Origin: Mizuhopecten yessoensis
Lineage: Eukaryota
Reading direction: 5' to 3'
Assembly: GCF_002113885.1 (NCBI RefSeq)
Contig: NW_018403519.1
Location: 364,242-428,241, forward strand
DNA length: 64,000 bases
In this document: positions 51,552-61,644 of the stretch, one piece after another
How the letters are laid out: every line of letters starts with the position of its first letter
How positions within the stretch are numbered: the stretch's first letter is position 1
Program-made: the position numbers and the translations under genes
The notes under the pieces: generated by a model
The model's database searches: none
The model's input: only the letters and a program-made list of their open reading frames with translations
What the model was told of the DNA's origin: nothing

Positions 51552-54500
51552 TTATGAAATGATAGCCTTGACCGTGCCCCTGATGTAAGTCCGACAAACT
51601 GGACACTTACGTAAGGCAGATGCACACATAGGACACGTGACTAAATGTCCACAAGGCAGGAACACAATACTAGCCTCCTCGTCAAGACAAACTTTACATC
51701 TCTTTTGTTCACGAAGTTCCCGATTTGCCTCTATTAATTCATCAATGACTGTAAAAAGAAAAATAATCTGATTAGGTCAAACTATTTGGAAAATTGCCTA
51801 ACGTTCTTAAAAAAGAGTCTTTCCTATTTCAGTTTTCTTCTCATTAGTTGTTCAAACATAAATTCGGAATAGAATGTATACGTGTCACATCATAAATTCC
51901 CTTTTTTATCGTTAATGCCCTTTCACATCATTAATTACCTTTCACATCATTAATTCCCTTTCACATCATTAATTACCTTTCACATCATTAATGCCCTTTC
52001 ACATCATTAATTCCCTTTCACATTATTAATGCCCTTTCACATCATTAATTGCCTTTCACATCATTAATTCCCTTTCACATCATTAATTACCTTTCAGGGC
52101 ACTTTCTACTGACGTGTCTAGTCCCATTATATCACCGATATCACCACTTCCGTTATCGTTAGTCTGCTCGTTTATAACATTGTCCTCGCCTTGAATAATA
52201 TCTATATTAGTTTCCTCTATTTCCCAGACAACAGGCAATAACTTGTCGGCACTTAATTCCATTCCTAGAATTAAACAAGAAAAAAATGAATAAACACAAA
52301 TAAATTTGCTATTGAAAATAGGACGTCAAATCAGAAGAATCGGCTATGAACCTAAACTTAAACAAACTGGTAGAACTTACAATGACTTCTGAGTGTTTAT
52401 GTGATAACCAAATATCCTACACCGTTTTAAATATAATTAATCTTACCATGGCGTTTCCTGTAGATTGTAATTGCTTTGGTCAGTATAGTTTTACTGTAGC
52501 CCATCTCCATGATGCTAAGTACAGCCGGGTGGTCAAATAAGTTTAATTCCTTACTTTGTTCTGACTTCAGTTTATCAACCGGCTACAAAAAAAAGGATAT
52601 GGCGAAATCAATACAGGTAACAACTTAGCAAACTCAAAATATGTTACTGTTCATACACACTTTATATTACTATAATGTATGTAGTTTACCGGAATTACAT
52701 TTCATCAACGGATATCTGTGTAAAGTTATATTTCCTGTTATGATAGGATTTCTGATGTACATGTTTACCTGTATATCAGGTAGATATATGATGTAAATGA
52801 TTACCTGTATATCAGGTAGATATCTGATGTACATAGTTACCTGTACATCAGGTAGATATCTGATGTACATATTTACCTGTATATCGGGTAGAAATCTGAT
52901 GAATATATTTACCTGTATATCAGGTAGAAATCTGATGTACATATTTACCTGTATATCAGGTAGATATTTGATGTACATGTTACCTGTATGTCAGGTAGAT
53001 ATTTGATGTACATGTTTACCTGTATATCAGGTAGATATCTGATGTACATATTTACCTGTTTATTTACCTGTATATCAGGTAGATATATGATGTAAATGTT
53101 TACCTGTATATCAGGTAGATATCTGATGTACATATTTACCTGTATATCAGGTAGAAATCTGATAAATATATTTACCTGTATATCAGGTAGATACTTGATG
53201 TACATATTTACCTGTATATCAGGTAGATACTTGATGTACATATTTACCTGTATATCAGGTAGATACTTGATGTACATATTTACCTGTATATCAGGTAGAT
53301 ACTTGATGTACATATTTACCTGTATATCAGGTAGATACTTGATGTACATATTTACCTGTATATCAGGTAGATACTTGATGTACATATTTACCTGTATATC
53401 AGGTAGATACTTGATGTACATATTTACCTGTATATCAGGTAGATACTTGATGTACATATTTACCTGTATATCAGGTAGATACTTGATGTACATATTTACC
53501 TGTATATCAGGTAGATACTTGATGTACATATTTACCTGTATATCAGGTAGATACTTGATGTACATATTTACCTGTATATCAGGTAGATACTTGATGTACA
53601 TATTTACCTGTATATCAGGTAGATACTTGATGTACATATTTACCTGTATATCAGGTAGATACTTGATGTACATATTTACCTGTATATCAGGTAGATACTT
53701 GATGTACATATTTACCTGTATATCAGGTAGATACTTGATGTACATATTTACCTGTATATCAGGTAGATACTTGATGTACATATTTACCTGTATATCAGGT
53801 AGATACTTGATGTACATATTTACCTGTATATCAGGTAGATACTTGATGTACATATTTACCTGTATATCAGGTAGATACTTGATGTACATATTTACCTGTA
53901 TATCAGGTAGATACTTGATGTACATATTTACCTGTATATCAGGTAGATACTTGATGTACATATTTACCTGTATATCAGGTAGATACTTGATGTACATATT
54001 TACCTGTATATCAGGTAGATACTTGATGTACATATTTACCTGTATATCAGGTAGATACTTGATGTACATATTTACCTGTATATCAGGTAGATACTTGATG
54101 TACATATTTACCTGTATATCAGGTAGATACTTGATGTACATATTTACCTGTATATCAGGTAGATACTTGATGTACATATTTACCTGTATATCAGGTAGAT
54201 ACTTGATGTACATATTTACCTGTATATCAGGTAGATACTTGATGTACATATTTACCTGTATAACAGTTGGTTTGATCGTTCCAGACTGGACACCCATTAT
54301 GAACTTGTCGCCCTTGATCAGTCTCATGAACGGACAAAAAGGGAACCAGCGCGCATGCTCATAAAAGGGGTCATCTTCCGGTTCCCATTCACGTAATCCC
54401 CCTGCGCAGTGGAAGCATCTCACGTAGTCGTTTGTTTCTGATTGTCAAGATAAAAAGAACTAATTAGCCAGTATAAATTACAGACACATTCTACATAGTG

Positions 54501-55386
54501 TCTTGATTGGTATCTTGATGCAGAAACATATAAAGCATATACGTCTCTGCTTGATGTAAATATATATTGTAAACACGAAATAATTATCCAAAGTTTATGT
54601 AATTTAAAAGCTTGATAAATGTAAGTGAACGAGAAGAAGTAAGTGAGAGACAATAAGCTTAATAACCTTACCTTCATAAAAGAGACCAGCTTTTGCCAAG
54701 TCCTCGGGACGTTGTTTGAGATGTTGTGGCCAGTGTCTATATGAGGTAAGACGGGTGGCGAGTACAGAGAACTGCTGATACTTCGGTGAGACTGTCTCTA
54801 GTGATCCAGTCGATGTCTGGATTGTTATTGTGTCAGAATGACCTGCAGAGTCGTGACCTGTATTAGACAAGACTTCTCTGTTGTTTTGGTCAATTTGCTC
54901 TACTGTTTGTGTCTCGTTAGGAGCTGCAATAATCGCCGACTCTTCCGTTCCTGAAAAGGGTTCAGATTCGTGTTGTTGCTTTGTCCTGTCTTCACGTTTT
55001 CGTTCTGCCACTACGTTTACCGGTTTACTACATGCACCAGAGAAAAGTACGTTTCTTTGTTGAAAGTAGTCCATGAAAACATTTTCAGATTTTCCTTTTT
55101 GAAAGAATGGACAACAGGGGAAAATTTTCATATGCAGTTTTTTTGGGTCATCTCCCTTTTGCCATCCACTGTACCTGAGTCCACACTGACGACACATTAC
55201 CTCATCATTTTGTCCATCGTAATGAAAGCCTGCTTCTGCCAGTTCAAAGGCACTTACTTCAGACGTGTAAGGGTATGAAAAGAAACTTGCCATTCGTGAC
55301 TGGTCAGCCATCTCTGGTTTCCTGGGTTCGTTTTCCAGTATGCCATTTGGATACATTATGGAACTCTTTGCCGACGACGTAATCAT
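51552..55386 (-). CDS. IAP paralog 4 (BIR-BIR-UBA-RING), about 467 aa using the proximal donors; shorter inter-BIR linker
   Basis: complement(join(51552..51748,52091..52264,52447..52582,54256..54437,54672..55386)) = 1404 nt, in frame. Coding exon 1 is 192 nt shorter than in paralogs 2 and 3. Confidence 0.92.
51912..52096 (-). repeat. 19-bp minisatellite made of the duplicated exon-4 donor of paralog 4 (about 10 copies)
   Basis: Unit AAAG|GTAATTAATGATGTG; most copies have GG or GC in place of GT. Confidence 0.93.
52735..54265 (-). repeat. 36-bp minisatellite of the same family (about 43 donor positions), paralog 4 intron
   Basis: Junctions every 36 bp from 54256 to 53068, then 53056, 53020 and 52984; after a 1-bp deletion, 52949 down to 52769. 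The core units are identical ([12 protein letters not shown]). Confidence 0.97.
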
Positions 55387-56329
55387 TGTAATGGTTTTAT
55401 TGGTGCCTGCAATTGTAATGTTACGTTCAGTCTAGCGATCTATATTATGTATATGAAGATATTCAGTAACAACGGAAACATTGTCTTAATAATGTAACTT
55501 AATGTCAAAATATTTAGACGGTAAAAATGGTTTTCCGTAGTAATCTCCCTTAGTACAAGTTCACAAAATAATTTTATTGGAGAGATATTGGATGTTTCAA
55601 TCCACTCATATATTTGTCAACAGAATATCTTTTTTACTAAACACTTATCTGATTTTAAATTGAAATAATTGGATATTTTTTGGTATAAAGATTATTTATT
55701 GCCATTACCAAATTAACACATTAAGAATATTTATGTCTTGAAAACTGATCTAGCATATGACAGTAAAAACAGGAATATATTTACAATTATAACGTTATTA
55801 GTCCTGGATTAGTTATTCGATGACAGTCTAATTATTCAAAACAATACAAAAATGAACAGTAATTATTAAACATAATTTGATTTATAGACATTTATTTTGG
55901 TTTGTATGATAAGTGCTTATATTGTTTTACTCTTTGCTATGTACATGTAATATAATATTTGTGAATATCACAGTACGTCGAAATATTGCTTAGGTATGTG
56001 ACCTACACGCTCCTTAAGTCAGACATGTATTAACCCTTGTACAATTAAGCTATCATACCACTCTGCAAATTACTGTTATAGTTTAGCCTCGGCAACACGA
56101 TGGCATACTTTGTCTTGCTTTTCAGTATAATACTGTCAATGCCACGTTCTAATTGATGGCACAAAGACCAGATTTGTCGGGAATCAAGCATGACCACGCA
56201 GAACTAGCATGGTTGTAGCAGTGCATATTTATAACCTGTTTCTCCCCATCAACCCGTGTATGACTGTACTTATGTTAATGGGCCCAGTCAATCTGATCCT
56301 TATGCTGATGATACATAAACATATAGTTG

Positions 56330-56610
56330 ATACTTACCCAGACACAAACTGTACTTACTATAGTGGTTGTGTATACAGTTTATATAGTTCCTAAAAGTTA
56401 TAAATAGAGTAATGGGGACACACGTATACGTTGAGTCATTTCCAGCCATTAACCAATGATACGCGCACGCTCGTATATATATTTATATGACTTGGGAATT
56501 CCTGAAATATCCCTGTCGTCCACACATATCCAGGTAAACGTAACGAAGACAGTGTTATATGACTTCCTGATATAGAATTTATAGTGAAGTTTGGGGAAAT
56601 ATTTCACGAT
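56330..56610 (-). promoter_or_regulatory. Candidate promoter of paralog 4
   Basis: gtaagt donors at 56337 and 56358, TGAGTCA at 56432-56438, TATA-like run at 56475-56487 and GGGAATTCC at 56494-56502. Confidence 0.4.
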
Positions 56611-57241
56611 CCAACGTTCCTATGCGATACTTGCACAAGTTCTTTGTTTGACCACAGCACACGACCGCATTCAGTGACGTATCTACATCTGGCACCTTGG
56701 AGCGAGCGAATCAAGTATACATGACATAGTTTTACTGCCAGAAATATAGGAATACTTACTGTAAGCTGTATCTCTTTCTCACGAACAAAATTTCAGTTTC
56801 ATATATTGACACATAAAAATTAAATCCGAAAGCAACCTATTAAATCTTACATAATTCCGATTTTTATGAGTCTAAGCGGCGTCAAAAATAGATGAACAGT
56901 TAGTTTGTGTCATAAAGAATAATCATAACTTAACAAGGAAGGTGGGTTTTTCTATCGATAGTGAGGAAGAAAATGGTGGGTGGGAGAAAGTGGCGCAGTT
57001 TAAATCTTTGCTTATTTCACAACTAGTATGCTTAACATATATCTACATTGTACATGTACTTCTTTACAATTATGTTAATAGTACGTGTACAATTTTACAC
57101 AACAAAATCATCTACAAATTATAAAAAAGTAATAAAATGAAAATTAATAGTACCGATCAATCTCGCATTTTTATGTAATAATGGTTGATTAATATGGTAT
57201 TTTCAAATTAAGTATATTCATGCTCAATAAAAAAAAAAAAT

Positions 57242-60200
57242 GTTTTTTTACAAATATTTTATTCACCCAGCCATTTTTTCATAAATGTGTTTATACATAT
57301 ACTGCTTCGAAGCAGATATATATATACATATATAAATATTTTGATAGGGGATGCCAGGGTTGGGGAGCCCTGAAGTCAGCCCCTGAACAATATGGTGTCC
57401 TCACGCAGGAGGGTTCTTATTAAACATCCATCAGTCAAACAATAAATAAATAAATAGGAAGGGCAATGGGAAAATAAAATATTTGCAAATAGAGTACAGG
57501 ACAAGAACACAAAACATACTTCTTTCACACCCTAACAAATTCCATATACAACATAATATTACAAACAAGGATAAACATATAGCAAGTATACACCAAAAAC
57601 ATAATACACATACAAATACACCCGACATATATACTCATACACACATACATATATACATGAGACAGACAGACACACAGACACACAGACAGACTCACAGACA
57701 GACAGACAGTATATACATACATGTATACATTGAGACATACTTGCATACATTGAATCAAATGCATCATTATGCACGCATAATTTCAAGTAGTTAAGAAACA
57801 ATAATAAATACACTGTGCAAACAGTGTCAGATGTACATATATATATATACACATGTGTATGAATATTTCTATGACACATGCATGTGGTCATTCACATTGA
57901 TATGGACATATACTGACATCAATTTTCAAATAGCATTTTAAAACCGGTTTTCATACAGGTTTTTATGTCCGCTAAACGGGTAATTATAAAACAAAACAAA
58001 CAAAAAACAGCACATACACCCACTCACACCATAACACACCGGATATATGCAGTTTTATTTTTATCAGATTACAAAATCAAGATGAAATTTGAATATTCAT
58101 TTCAAGAGAAAGAGTATCAATTATATAAACAAAGATACAAAGATGTATGGATTGTGTAAACTTGTTTTTTCAATCTGTTAAAAAATATCTTTCCATTCAA
58201 ACAATATTTGATCAAATTTTTTGTTGCGTAAATGTTTTGAGGCTGAATTTTTGTCCATGTTATATCGGAATGCTAGAAACTCAATCAAACCACCTAACCT
58301 GAGTCTTTGTTTTTTTCTTGATACAGTGTAATACAGTTAATTGGTAAGGCAACATTTTCTGTCTCTCCAAATAATACTGTTTCTAATCTACAATCAATTA
58401 ATTCATCTAAGTTGTGTTATATTTGGTTTTTCAAATCTTGCCAAAGTCTAAAAGAATGAGGACATTCTCAGAAAATATGTTCTATAGTTTCAATTTCTGT
58501 GTTAAACATACTACAAAGGTTATTGTTCAAGTAATTATTTAATGGGAGAATGCGATTTTGTAACTGATACTGGAACCACTGTAGTGTTGTATCCGTTGTA
58601 CTTTTAAAAGGAATGCTATACAATCATTTCCAGTCTATGTTTCTAAAACTTTCTTTCGATTTCCATTTTATTTCAGCTGTATTCGCACATTTATTTTTAT
58701 TATTTAGGGTAACATACATGTCTTTACAACCTTTCTTGCTTTTCATAATTACATTGATATGGTGTGGTATAAATGGTCTTTCAACAATGTTTTCAGCAGT
58801 TAAATTAAAGTTAAATTCTCTATATCTTTGCTTAATTGATTGGCATATACTTTGATAAATTAAGAAGTTTTCTGAATCGATATTGAATTTTAGTTTAAAG
58901 TTTGCAAAGGTTAGAAAAGAATTATCTTGGTCCAGTAGGTCACACACATTTTTAACACCCTTCTCAAACCATGTTTTAATGAAAAAAGACCTGTTATCAA
59001 TGCAGAAAATTGGATTATACCATATAGGAAAAGTAAGAAACTGCTCAATATTTTTAATTTGCATTTGTGTTTCTTCTGAAATATCTACCCATGCCTGAAA
59101 AACATTTTTCCAGACGGCATTTTTGGTCTTAAATTTTTTAATGAAGTCAGTACCAAAATCTGATATGTTGATGGTGGGAAAATGTTCTGCTTCAAAAATA
59201 TTTGTCCAACATTTATCATTATTCTTAAGTAATCTTCTTATCCATGTAGACTTAAGGCTTGTTATAAAATTCCTGATATTAATCATTTTCAGACCCCCAT
59301 TTTCATAGCTTTGGACTATAGTGTCTCTTTTAATTTTGTCGACTGGTGATTGCCAAATAAAATTGAAAAAAGTAGTGTTCAACTGTTGAATAAAATTATT
59401 GTCGGGTGTAGGAACAGATATGAATAGATGATTAAATTTTGGTATAATGATTGATTTTAATACAACTATCCGACCAAGAGGTGTTAAAATTCTGCGTGAC
59501 CACTGGTTTATACTTTTATTAACATTTTTAAGAACTGTGGTATAATTCAAAGTAACAACCATATCTAGATTAACTGAAAAATAAACCCCTAGCATATAAA
59601 ATTTTGTTTCTCCCCATTTCAGTTTCATTCTATGATGGTAAACGTCTGCACTTAATTTCTTGCTGCCAATCCAAATCACCTTTGTTTTATCATTATTTAC
59701 TTTTAGTCCCGATATTTTGCCAAAGTAATCCAAAACATTCAGTGCTTCGTTGAATGAGTTTCTAGATCCATCTAAAATTATTGAGGTATCATCTGCAAAC
59801 TGTGAGAGCTTATGATCTTTCTGTTGTAATGCCCTTGATATTTCTATTGTTTTTTTTTATAAGAATAACCAATATTTCAACTACAAGTAAAAATAGATAT
59901 GGGGAGACAGGATCCCCTTGTCGACAACCCCTTTGTATATAAAAACAAAAATTGAAAGTATACAATTTTGGCTTATTGCAGAGTAGGTATTTTTGTATAA
60001 TGTTTTTATCCATTTTTTAATGCTTTTACCAAAATGAAAAAAATCAACTACTTTGTATAAAAAAATCCATGAAACTGAATCAAAGGCTTTTTCGAAATCT
60101 ATAAATATTAAAAGGCCTGGTATATTGTTTAATTCAGTAAAATTCATAATGTCGTAATTAAGTCTGGTGTTTTCCCCAATATATCCTCCACTTAAAAAAC

Positions 60201-61635
60201 CTGTTTTTAGTCTGTTGGCTATACAAGCTGAAGCAAGTTTATATATAACATTTAATAAAGTAATCGGCCTCCATTTTTTAATAAAATGTCTAACTTTATC
60301 TCCTTTGGGAATACAGGTGATAATACTCTGTCTTTGTGTAATGGATAGCTTCCCCTTATTATAACCAAAATTCAATGCTCTGATAATAAAATATTTTAAA
60401 TTATTCCATTTTTTTTATTTTTTTATTCACTAGTAAAATCTTCAGAACCAGGTGATTTACAGTTTTTTTTATATTTTTTAATGCAAAGAGTAATTCTGTT
60501 TCTGATAATTCGCCTTCTAAATTTACACGTTGATTGACTGTTAATTTAACATATTCTAAACCATCTAAAAGGCTGTCTAAATTAACATCTTCAATATTAT
60601 CTGAATGGTCAGCATATAATTGTTTGTAAAAGTTTTGTATTTCCCTAAGAATTTCATCTTGACTAGTTATGATTTCCCCATTTTCTTTTTCAACTTTAAC
60701 AATAGTTTTATTAACATAATTGTGTGTTTCTAAGTTGCAAAAATATTTTGATGGTTTTTCCCCTTCTTCCAGCCAAGTTACTTTTGATCTATCATATGCC
60801 CTTTCATTTTTATTTTTCTAATATTCTCTAGCTCGTTTGTTTTCTGTTCGTATTCATCTGAATTAGTAGCCCATGTATTATTTTCTTCTAATTTTCCTAG
60901 ATCAGATATTAGTATTTTTTCCCTTTTGTCCCGTTCTTTTTTGATGAATACGATATAGTTGTTCCCCTGATTTCAATTAATAATGTTTCTAAAAAAAGTT
61001 GTTCATCTATACATAATATTAGTTCTTCATCAGTTATATTACAGATATCTTTATCGTAAATTGGTGATGAATATTGCTGTTTGATCTTATATATGGTATC
61101 TTTAATATATTGCACATATTCTTGATCATATAAAGGACTGTTATTACATTTCCATAGGCCCCTCCCTTTCACAAAGTTATTTAATTTAATTTCTAGTGAT
61201 ATTATAGAATGGTCTGATCTGTAACCAACAAAAATATTAACCTTCTCAATATAGTTTAAAATATTTTCTGATGTGAGGAAGAAGTCCAATCTAGCTTGTT
61301 TTATAGGGTTTTTCTCCTGCCATGCATATCTTTTATAAGTAGAATGAAAAATTCTAAATGGGTCAATAAAATTTGTTTCCTCGATCAGTTTAAGAAGTCT
61401 TGTACGGGCATTTGGGTTGTTTATATTTACATAATTATTTGTGTCTTTTTTCCTGATCTAAAACCAAATTGAAGTCACCACAAATTATGCAACAAGGATT
61501 ACTAAAATTGATAATTTGCTTATATATTTTTTCATAAAATCTGGATCATCTTTATTGGGACCATATAAATTATTTAATGAAAATCTATCTTTTTCAATGC
61601 TTATATCAAGGGCTATTACATTTCCTTCTGTGTCT
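57242..61635 (-). mobile_element. Decayed L1/Tx1-like LINE ORF2 (APE, RT, C-terminus) and 3' UTR
   Basis: GDFN, RLDFFL and SDH (APE); WRPITLLN, DFEKAFDSVSW, RQGDPVSPYLF and FADD (RT); frameshifts; AATAAA plus an A-run near 57242-57262 on the minus strand. Confidence 0.92.
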
Positions 61636-61644
61636 TTCCATTTA

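Noticed and set aside
52945-54423. 492-aa ORF read as a stand-alone BIR-repeat protein
   Set aside because: It is the BIR2 exon read through into the donor array and starts mid-domain. It is only meaningful as part of spliced paralog 4.
57431-57891. Several overlapping ORFs
   Set aside because: Low-complexity CA/ACAG microsatellite in the LINE 3' UTR.
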